DNA of 64,000 nucleotides from Gekko japonicus (GCF_001447785.1 NW_015161419.1:6327-70326); one strand, 5' to 3'. Shown: positions 1 through 13,487, counted from the stretch's first letter. Translations and numbers: made by a program. The notes: generated by a model not told the origin, from the sequence alone.

Positions 1-388
1 GTGATTCCCAGACCACTGCCACTGCTGCTGTGGGGGGAGAGGAAGCAGGTGGGTGGCTAGGAGCACTGCCACCACCACTGCTGCTGCTCTGCGGAGTGGG
101 GGAAGGAAGCAGGCAGGAGGTTGGGAGAGTGATGGGGGCAGAAAGAAAGAATGATGGGGTGGGGGCAGAAAGAGAGAAAGAGTGATGAAGTGGGGAGGCA
201 GAAAAACAAAGAGAAAGATGGCAGGTCAGAAAGAGAGAGGAAGTCACATGCATGGAGGAGAAATAGAGAGTAAGAAAAGGGGGGCAGAGGGGAGAAATAG
301 TGTGAGAGAGGTAGTGGGTGAGGAGAGGAAGCAAAGGTGTGACGAATGAGATAACCATCCCGCAGGTTTCTTGCGGGTCTCCACTTGT
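1..388 (+). mobile_element. 3' part of a non-autonomous Helitron-like element (purine-rich interior, terminal hairpin + CTTG|T)
   Basis: Hairpin CCCGCAGG-TTT-CTTGCGGG at 359-377, then TCTCCA-CTTGT. The same GGAAGCAAAGG...hairpin...CTTGT end occurs at 46323-46386 (+) and 55885-55943 (-). Confidence 0.6.
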
Positions 389-622
389 AGTAAGCCTAAT
401 AGGCATGAAAATGTTTTTTGCTAAACTATCCTTAGAACAAGTTCCTGTTAAATGCATGTTTATTACCCTGCAAAAACAAAACAGATAAAGTATAGTTTCT
501 TGCGGGTCTCCACTTGTAGTAAGCCTAATAGGCATGAAAATGGTTTTTGCTAAACTATCCTTAGAACAAGTTCCTGTTAAATGCATGTTTATTACCCTGC
601 AAAAACAAAACAGATAAAGTAT
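366..622. repeat. 128-bp near-perfect tandem duplication (366-493 / 495-622)
   Basis: The copies differ by one visible substitution (atgttttttg vs atggtttttg). The unit spans the Helitron-like 3' end plus its flank. Confidence 0.95.
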
Positions 623-1776
623 GTTTGCTCATTTGGAAGATTCGAGTTTGTGTCCTTGTTTCTCAGCATGCCCTTAGTAACTCTCTTCTATATGTCTGTA
701 TGCCTTGTCCCACTTTATTGTAGTCATATATCATGGATCCTAAGCAGTCAAAATAGAATGAACTCTATTATATTCAATCTTCCTTTCAATAAAATAAATA
801 GGTAAGCCAATCTGAGGCCCTCTGGCAGTTTATGGTACATTAATAAAAAATTCTTAAAGCATACTCAACTGCTAGAAATGGGGGAAAATCCAGTTGAATT
901 GCATTGGAAAAATAAAACCATTCAATATGTGAAAAGAAAGTTGCCTGCTTTTTCCTTTGCTTGCAAACCCAATTGATCTGCCGTATGGTTTGTGTGATGG
1001 CTCCACCCAGTTCTGTAATGTTAAGTAATCTGAAATGTGTCCCATATTTTTGTTCTCAATACAAATGTGGTATAATCAGCCCAGCCCCTCCCCCATAGTT
1101 GTGAAGGAAGCTGTGATACAACATGTCTTCTCTGATGTAGTGGCATCAGAGTATTGTACAGGTTGGATGTGACAGGGAAGGGAGCGCCACTTTGGTTTAG
1201 TCCGTGCAGCTGAAGACCTTCCAAGATGGCTGCCAGCTGAGCAGAAGCGAAAAGCTTATGCCACACGTAAGAAAATTTTAGTTTTGTGTGGGTTCGAATG
1301 ATTGTTTTCTGTAAAGAGGAAAATGTTTTGTGGAGGCTTGTTTGAAGAGCTAGTTATCATTGATCTGCCTGTGTCATAGAGGACATTTTTGTAAGCTTAG
1401 GGCACTGTGTTAGCAGACGTTTGTTGCAGCATGTAATATACTCAGTTACTACACAATGACTGTCCCAATGGTGATTCTGTATCTGAAATACAAATCCACT
1501 TGAAATCACAAAAATCCTGATAGCAGATGATTAGAGGATGCTGTTACCTGTAAGTGAGTTCCTGTCCCCAGATGACCATTCCGTTCATGGTATCCCTGTC
1601 TGTACAGAAAACAGATAAAACTTTTAAAACAAACGTTGTAATGCCAATAGGTCAGAGGACTTGATTCCTTCATAACAAATGACTTATAGATGAATTCACT
1701 GAAACTGTATATTCAGTATTAAAATACATATTTATTCATTCTGCCTCAAAACTTCTGAGAATAATTTCTCCCCCCT

Positions 1777-2081
1777 GCTTGAGGAAGTGGTGGCGGCTAC
1801 AAGCATGGACGGCTTAAAAAGGGAATTAGATAAGCATATGGAGCAGAGGTCCATCAGTGGCTATTAGCCACAAGGTATAGATAGGGACTCTGGGGCAAGT
1901 GATGCTTTGTCATCTTGGTGCTTGGGGGGTCAACAGTGGGATGGCTTCTAATGTCCTGGCCCCACTGGGGGACCCACCTGGTATTTCTGGCCACTGTGTG
2001 ATACAGAGTGTTGGACTGGATGGGCCTTTGGCCTGATCCAACATTAGTGTCTCTTATGTTCTCTTATGTTCTTATGTTCTT
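1777..2081 (+). mobile_element. CR1-type LINE 3' end (5'-truncated)
   Basis: Ends in ...ggactggatgggcctttggcctgatccaaca... followed by a (TCTTATGT)n tail. A closely related copy lies at 13488-13742. Confidence 0.8.
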
Positions 2082-2283
2082 TAAATATCTTAAATATCTT
2101 GACGTATTTAAATGAGCTTACCATATGGTGTTCCTGTTTGATTTTCTCAGTGGAAGTCGTACATACAAATACAAACAAAGGTGACATACAAAATAAAATG
2201 TTTATAAATAAGCCAACTTTCAAATATTGCATAATAATAGATTGAGCTGTGTGGCTGTCAGGACCTGAAGGGCTTGTCAGATG

Positions 2284-3081
2284 GGGAGGTTGCATTCAGA
2301 TGGCAAACTTAACCATGGGTTGTTAAAACATGCATGGTTTGTTGCTGAGCTTGAATATGTGCCTCCCTCCTCTGTTCTCCTATAAAGTGCAATAAAGTAA
2401 TCCAGGTTTGAAATTAACACCAGCCACCTACCAGATGTGAATGCAGGTTAACTAGATTTAGTGTGTCCCTGCTACCTGGGATTCTAAGCTTGAATTTAAC
2501 TCTGGCTTAGAGACCCAGTTGGTGCATGAGTGGGGAAACTAACTCTGTACATTTGTATGGCATGGGTAGCTGGAGGTAGCATCTTCCTTTCTTGTACTCT
2601 GTGCGTGAAGGGAGAAGAGGAGGAAGTGAAGCACACGTTTGAACCAAGCAAGAAGCTGAGTTTGTTCCAGGGAGGTTGCATTCAGATGGCAAACTTAATT
2701 AAGTTAAAACATGCATGGTTTGTTGCTGTGCTTGAATATGTGCCTCCCTCCTCTGTTCTCCTATAAAGTGCAATAAAGTAATCCAGGTTTGAAGTTAACA
2801 CCAGCCACCTACCGGATGTGAATGCAGGTGAACTAGATTTAGTGTGTCCCTGCTACCTGGGATTCTAAGCTTGAATTTAACTCTGGCTTAGAGACCCAGT
2901 TGGGGCATGAGTGGGGAAACGAACTCTGTACATTTGTATGGCGTGGGTAGCTGGAGGTAGCATCATCCTTTCTTGCATTCTGTGCGTGGAGGGAGAAGAG
3001 GAAGTGAAGCACACATGTGAACCAAGCAAGAAGCTGAGTTTGTTCCTATTTTAACTTAACTGTACTTGTATGAATGCAGCC
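2284..3081. mobile_element. Harbinger-like MITE containing a ~385-bp tandem duplication (2284-2668 / 2670-3046)
   Basis: Imperfect TIRs ggttgcattca... / ...tgaatgcagcc. The two diverged direct copies of the body are plainly visible. Confidence 0.6.
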
Positions 3082-3821
3082 TGTGAGAGGAGTCTACTCT
3101 ATGTGAGTCTAGTTCACATAGTTCACCACTATACAAATCATAGTGTGCAGAAAGGACCCAGATATGCTCTCCCAGTGGTACCTCTGATTTTATGAAGGAG
3201 GGATGCCATTGGTACAGTGCATCTTGGTGTCTTTGGCAATCCTTGTCTACAGGATCACTAATAACCTAGTGGAAATAGGGTTTCACTCATTTTTGCCTGC
3301 TGTTTTTATCCTTTGTGCCCATGACGTACCAACACATGAAACTTTACAATAATTAAAGGAAATATATATTGGCAAATATAAACAGTTCAGCCTCACTTGC
3401 AGAAAATCCTGGGAAGTTCTGTTTTCTGCAAACATTATAATAGCAGTTTTGTGATGCCTTCTTCAAAAATGTTTGTTGAAGCTACTTACATCTTCGTGTA
3501 GACTTCACAGCTTTGCTTTTTGAGCTTGAATTTTAATCAGTTCAAGGAGGAGCACCTCTTTAATATTACACAGCTACTTTTGCTAATAAAACTAGTTAAC
3601 AAGTCTAGACATTATACATTTATTTTTGTGATACTGTGTCAGGCATGACTAAACACATTCAGGGAGTGCAGATCAACTTATTAAAGATTTTCACATAGTA
3701 AATTCTCAAGCACAGGCAGTTGAGGGAAGGAAGAATGATGAAATTTTGTTGCAACCACCATTTCCTCCATCATACCCAGGCTGCCCTTTACTGACTCCAG
3801 TCACTAAGTAGTGGTTGTAAC

Positions 3822-4398
3822 CAATGTTCCCTCTAATTCCCCCTCCCCCCGAGTGGAGCAGTTCACATCCTGAGCAGAATATAACTGCTGTAATCTTAAT
3901 ATGGGCCATGGGCAGTGCAAGACCCTGCATGGCTCCGGATTGCTGCTGGGCGGGGCTTCCTGTGTTAATGAGTGGCTGCTCATGCACACAGCTTAGACAA
4001 GGGGGCCCTCAGGCCAGAACTAGCCCATCCAGGGCTCTTATCCAGCCCACGAGAAACTGGTCAGTACCTTTATTGCCAGATGACAGAGGCTGTGCATTAT
4101 GTCCCTGTGTACTGTCCCAGTGCTAATGAGTAATGGGCAGTGGAAGTGGGAGGGTAGGCATCAGGGAGATACTTTGTGGAAATATAGTAAGAGTGTTAAA
4201 GTTTTAAGCATGTTTGTATTTTGGATAAAAATTAATATTGTTAATTAAGTTTGCCTGTGTCCTTTATAAGGTTTACATCTCCTGTACCTGACATTACATT
4301 TCATGGCACACATGGCCCGTCCAGACAAAGTGACATTTATGTCAGATCCAGCCCACATAACAAATGAGTTTGACACCTCTGGCTTAGAGGGAACACTA
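3822..4398. mobile_element. hAT-type MITE with a second hAT MITE (~3999-4381) nested near its right end
   Basis: Outer TIRs are caatgttccctctaa / ttagagggaacacta. The inner element ends gagtttgacacctctg and is flanked by 8-bp gcttagac / gcttagag TSD-like repeats. Confidence 0.6.
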
Positions 4399-4471
4399 CT
4401 CGTCACTGAAATAATGTATTGGTACATTTTAATTGGTACATCTTATTGTAATATGCATTTGTGTATCACAG

Positions 4472-4582
4472 CTTGAGACGGTTGGATGGCAGCTTAACCT
4501 TCAAATGGCTCAGTCTACCCAGGCAAAACAAAAGTCCCCTCAAGCTGTATTGGAACTTGGAGTGATCAATCAAGATTCAAAG
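4472..4582 (+). CDS. COMMD10: COMM domain-containing protein 10, internal coding exon (equivalent to human exon 5; phase 0-0, 37 codons)
   Basis: Acceptor ...gtgtatcacag|CTTGAG and donor TCAAAG|gtaaga flank 111 nt encoding [37 protein letters not shown]. This matches my recollection of the vertebrate COMMD10 COMM domain (human [37 protein letters not shown]). Confidence 0.95.
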
Positions 4583-5398
4583 GTAAGAAGGTTTTCCCAC
4601 ATGTCCTTTACTTAATTCTCTTTGCTGTAGATGATCAGGTTCCAAAAATAGACATTACATTGCTTATACATTTATAGCAACATAAGTAATGTTGCCCTGT
4701 GAAACTGGATGGCTTTCTTGAGATGTTATATTGGTACTGTAAGTGGAATCTGTTTCCCATTTTTGTCTGAAATTACTACAGTTCAGCTTTTGTTTTCCTC
4801 CTGTAAACACGGAAGGTGATCCAGAGCCCTGAAACATGAGGTTTGTTTAATTATTGTGATATGGGCACACCTACAGTTTTATGAGTGACTACGGTTGTCA
4901 CAGCAATCCAGTGGAACTGTCTGCATGTGCACGGCTGGGTCTTTATTAGTTGGGACTTTATTAGTTTTTGTGTTTTGCTGTCACAGCATCCACAGTAAAT
5001 AAACAAGCTGCTCATTAAGCTTAGTTTTTAGGAAGTCCAGTTATTTTCTACCCCGTTCTTTCCAGAGGACAGTGATCTCCAGTTCAAGAAACCATATAGG
5101 TTATAATTACCCTGCACCAGTTCCACTCTGACTGTTGAATGCTTGCTTCTGATTTTGCTCCAGTTAAGCAGATGATCACTTACTAGTCAATGTTTTCACC
5201 TAGTTTTTAAAAAGTGAATCAATTGGTTGAGATTTTTTACATTGTGCAGTCCTTTCTTTGGCAATGCATTGAGTCCTGATTTTCAAAACTGTCTTTCACT
5301 TGTATGAAAATACTAATAAGTACCGTATAAACTGTAGCTTGACTTTTAACAAAACATACTGAAACAAAATTGGATCATACAGATTTTTTTATAAATCA

Positions 5399-5485
5399 TG
5401 AACAAAATGTTATTTCTTTAGAGAAGCATATGTACAAAATGTTATCTCTTGAACAAAATGTTATTTCTTTAGAGAAGCATATGTA
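5399..5485. repeat. Short tandem duplication (36-bp unit)
   Basis: tgaacaaaatgttatttctttagagaagcatatgta at 5399-5434 and 5450-5485, with a partial copy between them. Confidence 0.9.
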
Positions 5486-6898
5486 AACTTGATCCAGATA
5501 TTTCCCACTTTTTTCTTCTAATCTGGTTTTCCCATATTATATTCCCGTCCTCTGTTTTACCTATGGGACTATATTTGTTGTTGTATGGGAAAACATCAAT
5601 TTGAGAAATAGGGCTTTAGGGTACTGTGTCTGAATATTTAAGTATTGACCTAAATGTGTGTGTTTGCATTGGCTTGCCAGGGGGCAGTAGAGCTCTTTCA
5701 AGTATCTGCATTTCTGTTGAATGTTTTTTCTCATAACATTATTGAATCAATTGTGAAGCAAGTTGCAGGAACCTGTGCTTACCTTTCTAATCTGCATACA
5801 ACAGTAGGTGAAACAGAACACTATCTACTCAATTTTTAAAAGTCAATATACAAATGAAACTGATGCTGAGTATTTGTTAATGACTCTAATCACAGAAATA
5901 GTTTTGTACTATTTAAGTGTACCCTAATTGGTTTTTGATCACCAACCAGAACTTGGTTGTTAAATGTTAAGTGTTCTAAATTGATGCAAAAACATTTTAG
6001 TGTGAGAGATATATTTGTAATGGGAAAGCTATTATACTAATTTAAGGAACCCCAGCAGACTGCAAACCTAGGAGGCCTTTTAGCTTGGACACCTGAGAAG
6101 AAACCTTAGTAGTCAAAATATACAAAATGGAATATATTTCCATTTTAATCTTATTCCAGGATGTAAATAAAGAAGACCATAAAGGAGAACCATGTGTGCA
6201 GCCTGAAGCTTTGTGTACTCTGTTTGCCACAATGTTTCCTATTACAAAAAAAGATAAGCTGTGGTTTAGTTTAAAGAGCAGATTGTTTCTTTGGCAGTGT
6301 GAACCCTTGCATAGGAAATTGTTTCAGTTTCTCTGTGTTTTTTGGGGTCCTCCTTTATGTCATAGTCATGGAGCTAAGTGCTGAGAACTGAGGTGCAGAA
6401 TCTGGGATTATATTCATTTTGGCAGCTTTTGTGTGGAGGGTGTTGCTGGCTATATTTGAAATCTTCAGAAATGGGGGCAGAGTGAAAGTGTAATTTTGTT
6501 AAGTGTCAGTCTATCAAAAATTCAAGCACCTTCTCTTCTCTACCTTCTCCCCAGTTATTTTCCCTCTGGTCCATTTCTCCATGGGGAGTTCCCCACCAAT
6601 TTTACTTGAGTTGGGGGCTGGGGCCATTGCTGCCTTTCCTAGGCATATGGAACATGGATGGAGAAGTCTACCTTCTGATGTCCTTCTGACACATGTGGTA
6701 AATTTTGTTTCACGGTACAGGATTGAGGAAATAATGTGAGTTCCTGCACTGATGCCTGTATGCTGGCCACAGTGAGACAAATAGCAGCTCTGTGGAACCA
6801 TTTCAGGTCACTGAAGTGATATGAGAGTGGAAAGGGTTAATCCCCCATCATCTGTGTATCTATGTGCCTTTAAAAAAATGTTGGGAGGTCTATTCACA

Positions 6899-7250
6899 GT
6901 AAGGTAAAGGTAAAGGTTCCCTTGCTTGAAAGCCAGTCGAATCCGACTCTAGGGTTGCGGTGCTCATCTCCGTTTCAAAGCCGAAGAGCCAGCGCTGTCC
7001 GAAGACGTATCCGTGGTCATGTGGCCAGCATGACTAAACACCAAGGCGCACGGAATGCTGTTACCTTCCCACCGAAGTAGTACCTATTTATCTACTTGCA
7101 ATTTCTTGCTTTCGAACTGCTCGGTTGGCAGGAGCTGGAACTAGAGATGGGAGCTCACTCCATCATGCGGCACCCGGTTCTCGAACTGCTGAACTGCTGA
7201 CCTTCCACAGCCTGCAGTTCAGCGTCTTAACCACTTGAGCCACCGCAGCT
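6899..7250 (-). mobile_element. Sauria SINE (near full length)
   Basis: (ACCTTT)n tail seen as aaggtaaaggtaaagg on +; characteristic body (ccgtggtcatgtggccagcatgact...gttaccttccc...tacctatttatctact); tRNA-like head ending ttaaccacttgagccaccgc. Confidence 0.9.
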
Positions 7251-7272
7251 CTTTCTCAGTACTCTTAGCTTT

Positions 7273-7400
7273 AGAAGAAGGATATTGGATTTATATCCCA
7301 CCCTTCACTCGAATTCTCAGAGCAGCTTACAAACTCCTTTCCCTCCCCTTTCCCACAACGGACACCCTGTGAGATAGGTTTGGCCCTCACTGAGAGAATG
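7273..7400 (-). mobile_element. 3' fragment of a Squam3-like tRNA-derived SINE
   Basis: agaagaag...ttggatttatatcccacccttcact...ctcagagcagcttaca...acaccctgtgag matches the full copy at 53114-53391. Confidence 0.75.
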
Positions 7401-9200
7401 CTGATTCCTGTGGAAGAATTAAGGTCTAGACTGGCTTTCTGCCTTGAAATGGCTGAGGAGGAAAACAGTGGTCTTGAATTTGTGTAATGAATTGCTGCTG
7501 TCTGATGTATTACTGGGAAAATGAGGTGTTAAAATATGTCTTGTTGGAAAATTGAAATAGTTGACTTGCATTGCTCTATTGAAGGGGATACAATGAATCA
7601 AATGAACTGAACTGAACAAACTAACTGGTTAAGATTAATGCTTTAGTATTACAACAGTTGAGTTGTCATGCTAGATCTCAAGTTGGCCTCATGTGTGGGA
7701 GATATATGCATTCAAAATGAAAGTGTTTTAACTGGAGGGAATGTGGCTGTCTGATGCTAGCAATGATTGTGAGCTGATGAACTGAGAGGGATTTTGGTAA
7801 ATTCATTTCTAATCTCTTTTGATAGAAATAAATATTATAAAATAAATACCCCTCCTATTTATTTGGGGTTATGTTTAATCTGTCTTTACCCAGGATGCTA
7901 CCATGAAATCACCTTGACAACAAGGGATAATTTATCTTACGGTAAATTGGATTGCATTCTGGTTGCAGATGGTGCTTTATTTGTGGGAAGAATTTCAAAT
8001 TGGAGATAAGTTAGGGCTCTGTAATATAAACATCTAAGTCTTACATTTAAATCTTCTTTTAGCTGTTTTTTTTTTTTGCCTTAATGTTTTTTGCTGGTAA
8101 AATATTACTGTTAAACAGTTTCCCAGTTGCAGAAAATTTTCCTATACTCTAAAATGACATGGATTTCAGAGTAAAAATATCCTTGAAACAACATTCTATT
8201 TGACAATGTAGGAATGGCTAGGTATTATCTCTTGTGGGAACAATTAGCTGTTAAAATGGCAGTTTGCAAATAAAGTAATTCAAGGGTTATACACTTAATT
8301 TTCAATACCTACTAATATTAGGGTAGCCTCTATCTAGAAAAGAGAGTATACTGATGTGCTTTGATCATACAGTAGGCCAATAGGAGCAGACTGCTAAATG
8401 TAGGCTGCAGCATTGTATGTTATAGCAGGAAAGGATCTGAATCTTGGGTGTTGTGCTGTGCATTTTTTTCTGGAAGTAACCCTGGTTGTCTTGACTCCTG
8501 GCCATTCAGTCAAGGGATTGCTTCCTTTCTTTTCTCAATAACTTTCTGGTGTGGTGGGATTACTAAGACTTTGTCCAAAGCTTCTTGTTTCTAAGTTCCT
8601 GCATTTTGAACAGCCAAAGCTTGATGTGTTTTATCTCCACATGTATAACGTATCCAAATTAAATCTTCATCCTCTGAATGATTTTGTTAGTCTCTCTACC
8701 ATATTTATTTTAAAATTTTCCTCAGCTATTGAGAACATAAAACCAACTGGAATAGAATCTGGCAGAAGATTTCTGCGAACATGTTGAGAAAACAATTTTT
8801 GCTGAAGGCCTCTGAATCCTTTTCATGTTGTTCCAGAGGGTCCCCTATCTCTCATGAGTGGCATTTGGGGTGGGTGTTTTGGGCTGCAGCAGGAGGGGGA
8901 GGTGCTTTGTTGATTTAAATCCCTTCCTTCAGTGAAAACCAGCACTGGATCCAAGCCAGTAACTCTTGGATGTTGCCTGTTTAGATTATAATTTAGCAAT
9001 GTATTGCAGTCAGTCTTCCATGGTCAAATACCTCCTGACTACTGTACCTAGAGAGACCTGACAACAGATTAAATCCATTGTGTTGTGCAAGTCACATTCA
9101 TTTCACTTGTAAAAGACTCCCACACAGATTTTCTCATCAGAATGTTGGTTTGCTGCAGCAAAGAAATGGTAATTGCAGAATAGTGTGAGAGCTGTTTAAG

Positions 9201-9362
9201 GTCATGATGTGCAGTGGTTAGAGTATTGTACTAGACCTGGGAATGACCTACTCTGTCATGGAAGCTTGTTGGGATGATCTTGGGCCTGCCACACACTCAG
9301 CCTAACCTACATCACAGGGTTGTTGTGAGGATAAAATGGAGACGAGAATCATATAAACTGCT
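9201..9362 (+). mobile_element. Degenerate tRNA-derived (CORE/MIR-like) SINE
   Basis: A-box-like tgcagtggttagagt and core ctcagcctaacctacatcacagggttgttgtgaggataaaatgg. Confidence 0.7.
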
Positions 9363-9531
9363 GTCTGGGGGTGAGGGACAATTCCCTGTACTCACTGGCC
9401 TGAGTGGTTATAAGCAGGGCCCCCTGTGACTTAAGTGATGGGGCCCCTGCCTAGTGGTGGTGCCGGGGTTCAGGGGCATCTGGATGGTGGCCTTGAAGTA
9501 AGTGGCAGCTCTGGCAGCATGGCGCAGCTCC

Positions 9532-9643
9532 NNNNNNNNNNNNNNNNNNNNNNNNNNNNNNNNNNNNNNNNNNNNNNNNNNNNNNNNNNNNNNNNNNNNN
9601 NNNNNNNNNNNNNNNNNNNNNNNNNNNNNNNNNNNNNNNNNNN
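9532..9643. other. Assembly gap (N run)
   Basis: 112 N. Confidence 1.
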
Positions 9644-10683
9644 CCCAAACTTCTTGTGAGTAGAGTGCAGCCTCACCATTAAGAGGAAGTTTCAGCTCTT
9701 ACCACAGAGGATATGCCATAGCCTTCTCTAGCAGGTTCTGGAAGGGCTCAAGGTTGAAGAGAAGGGACTGAGGGTGAAGTTCACTCCTCCCACTGAGGCT
9801 ACAGAGCTGACCTCCAAAGAGAGAATGCTAGAGGGTATCCAGGAGCAAGACCCTCCCCCAGGGTCCCCACTGGGAAAAAGGTGAAATATAAATGATGCAC
9901 ATAAGTTGGCAATATTTAATTTAACCAATGTCAAGTTATATTAAAGTTCTGACGAAGTTGCCTTTAAAATGGTTTCCAAAAGGATGATAAAATTTCATTA
10001 GCTTGTTTTCCAGTCATTTCTTGTTGAATTGGACAATTTTTAAGGTATAATTTAATATAGGAACATATCACTCACGTTCAGTTTTCTTTTTAAAACCTGG
10101 AGTTTGATTTTAATTAACTTCTGTCTTACCTTTCTGAAGAGTTTTCAACTTGCTAACTTCTCCATACTTGATGACAGTCTCCTTAGGTCAAGAGTGCGCA
10201 GCCAACAAAAAATAAATAAATTCTAACCCATCTTCTGTATCTGTGCTCTTTCTCCTCTTAGCTGGAAATTTGCTTTTTTCTTTCATTTCATGAAAGGCAG
10301 ACAAGTCATAACTTCATGCATTATGGATTTTTAGAGAATTCATGGGTCCTTTCACTTGTTTTTCTCTTAAGTGTTTTCTGCTGGGAGACTAAGGTTGTTG
10401 GAACCAGTCATTCTGACAATGTTAGATCCCCAGTGCTTCTTGATAACATCAAAATCTTCAGTTCTTTTCTAATAAATTGCAGAACTCCTAGTATGGCTTA
10501 ATTATGCCACTTTTAATGACTACTTTGGTACATTCTTTAAACTTCATTGCAAATGCTAGATATTTTCATTCAGTCAAGTAAATAAAAACCTTAGCTCACA
10601 TCTAGCCCAAGAGATCAATGTTGTTTTTTTCTATACAGTACAGAACTTTAAAATCTACTCTTCTTATTTGAATAAAGAAATTC

Positions 10684-10731
<48 letters not shown>
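10684..10731. repeat. (CTAA)n microsatellite
   Basis: About 12 perfect CTAA units. Confidence 0.97.
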
Positions 10732-11959
10732 GTTTCTTATGTGGCAGTGTCTCACTGTTTATTCCCTAGTATTACATTCACTTTTGAAAAATATTTTCTT
10801 CTCTCATACCCCCACACCTTGAATGAAGTAAAAAGCGTGGGAGGGGGTAGGACAGGCCCCAGTAAGAGCCAATCCATGCTATAGTGCAACAAAATGGTAT
10901 CTTACAGTGTGGTACAACGTATGTAATTTGACTTGGTGCTAGTCATGTCAGGGGCCAAACCATGGTTTCATTATGCACTATTGGCCAACTACAGTTTTTC
11001 TTGATGAGGACAGCATATAGATTAAAAGGGGAACAGAGTGGCATGCGTAGATAAGAACTTTGTATAAGCACACTTCTTCAAAACATCCTCTGTCAGCAGA
11101 GCCTGATAACTAAGATTCTGGGTCCAAAATAGGCTGGCACAGTCTGACAAAGTATTGGTACATTCACAACTTCCCTTACTTCCCTACCATAATTGTATAT
11201 GTGAGTGGGATCAAAAATCTTATGTTCTGTATTGTAATTTGGAAAACTAAAAATAATTTTAGAAGAAAAAAATGGAAATAACTCTGAAATCAGCAACAGC
11301 AAAGTGGATCTTCTTTCTCCTGAAAATGGTACTTTTGTCTTCCTCTACCTGGCCCCCTGTGTTGGAGTCACAGTATGCTTGATTAATTTTCTGGTTTCAG
11401 GACTGCATAGCTTCTTGTCATGCTGGAAATATGTGTCAGTATGAAAATGGGATCTTTCATTGGGAATGACAAGAGTGTAGATTTCATATTCATACATACT
11501 CTTAAACCATCACTGACAGAAATGTTAATCTAATTGTCATGCTGTGAAATATTCTGTTGCTGCTTTGACCATGGATCAGAGTCACCTTTTATGGAGTATT
11601 GGGACAGTCTTTGTATTAGACCCATGTGATGAGCAGAAGTCTCTTAAATCAGTCAGGTTTTAGTAATTCGTTCTTAACTACATTCACAAGACCAAACTGG
11701 CTGTGAGTCTCTCCTTCTCAACCAACATTATATGTCTGTGTCAGTCATAACCCAAGTGGCAGAAAGGATAAGTAGAGCACACAGAGACAGTATATGTTTT
11801 AGTGGCTCTTGTATGATTTGAGTAAAATATTTGGCTCTGAGTATTTCACTTTTAACTCTTAAGACTTTGGGAGTGTAGAGATATGAACAAATATTTGCAT
11901 CCTTGTGGACTGATGTTCGCTGACACACCATATGAATTGTGCACACACACACCCAGAGG

Positions 11960-12991
11960 TTCAGGGAACACTGTTTGAATTGCCAGAGTAAGAGACTTTC
12001 ACCTGAAGAGAAAGTCTGCTTGCTGCCTGCACTTTCATGCTAATGAATCTGGTGACACACAAAGATCCTGGTCTGAGAGAGAAGAAGCACATGTCGCCAT
12101 TGTCAGTAGAAACCACAGTTTAAAGACAAGTAATCCCCCATTGCTGGAAGGACTGATGTCACGCAATCCACGTACTGAACTTTACATCTAAATTGCCGTT
12201 TCCTGTGGGAATGTTTATTTGATTGCCTGGGAAAGCTGGTATCTATCTGCACATCAAAGAAAGGTCCTGAAGCAGAGCTTTGACACCTAACCAGATGGCG
12301 GCACCTAAGTTAGAGGGTAGTGTTTCAAGCATTGACCAAACCCCTAGATCAGCCCCTTTTATACATGCACCTATGAGCTTAGAGATGGGACGGCTTAATG
12401 GTCAGGTGGATAACAGAATGGCAAGGTTACCAACCACCCCAAAGATTTAGGTATAAAAGCAAGGACAATGCCTTAAGCCCTTGCTAGCCAACTACCTTCA
12501 ACGTCCTCTTTCTTCTTTAAAACCCTCTCCCGTCCAGCTACCTACCCAATAACCCTTTGTCTACCTTTGGCCTTTCGGTGTGCGCAGCCAAGAAGGTCCA
12601 CATTTGCCGGCTGGTTCTGGCAGTGTGCTTAGAAGCCCCCTCCCCAGATTTACTTTCAATCCCCAATTCTTATTGCATCAGACAAGACTACTGGAACAGG
12701 CAAGTATTAAACTGTATACCTACCTACCTCCAAGTAAATGAGAAACTATCTTGATATCTTTCTGTAAATCTAAAGGAACCATGAGTGTATGCGAATGTGA
12801 GACTGATTTTGTGTGTGTGTGTGTGTGTGATTTTGATATTGCTCAGTAAAAAGACAATTTGTTTTGGAAAGACACCAGTCTTGTCTCCATCACTGGGGCT
12901 CTGTGGGTAGACACGACCTCTGTAAAAGTTGGCAAGATCTCACGTTAAATTTAGTTAGCCATCTGCTGTAAATAAAGCGATTGGCGTAACA
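11960..12991 (+). mobile_element. Probable solo LTR (5' boundary uncertain)
   Basis: TATAAAA at ~12452, AGTAAA/AATAAA signals, ends ...gattggcgtaaCA. Extensive homology to 17700-18411. Confidence 0.65.
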
Positions 12992-13487
12992 GGGTGGGTT
13001 TTAACTGTGATTTGAGAGGAAGAAAAACCTATAGCTCCACGTGGATGTTCAGGAAGTCTGTTCCAAGCATAAAGGGTAGTTAAGATAGCATTTCCTTGAA
13101 AGTGTGTCATGAGTTAGAAGCCAGGATTGTAAAACCTGCTCACTCCTGCCTTTCTCCAGCCCCTCACATGCCCAGGACCATGAGTTTTTGGCAAACTGAG
13201 GAAGACTTGGGGAAGGTGGGTGAGAGAAGGGTTTCTGTGATATGGTTTGAAGAATATTAAAAAACAAAACATGTATCATGTGCTGTTAAGAAGAAACTCC
13301 TTTAGTGCTAATCGTCCCCAATCTGCAGCAAAAATGAAAGAACCAATCTCTTTCTAAAGTGTGTAAACCATAGGGCAGAGAAGAGGGATTGGCGGCAGGC
13401 AGCCACAAATAATAGCTGGCTAGTAATTCAAGGCAAAACATGTGGACCCCGTATTGGAATGCCACAATTAATTTTGCATATCAACAT

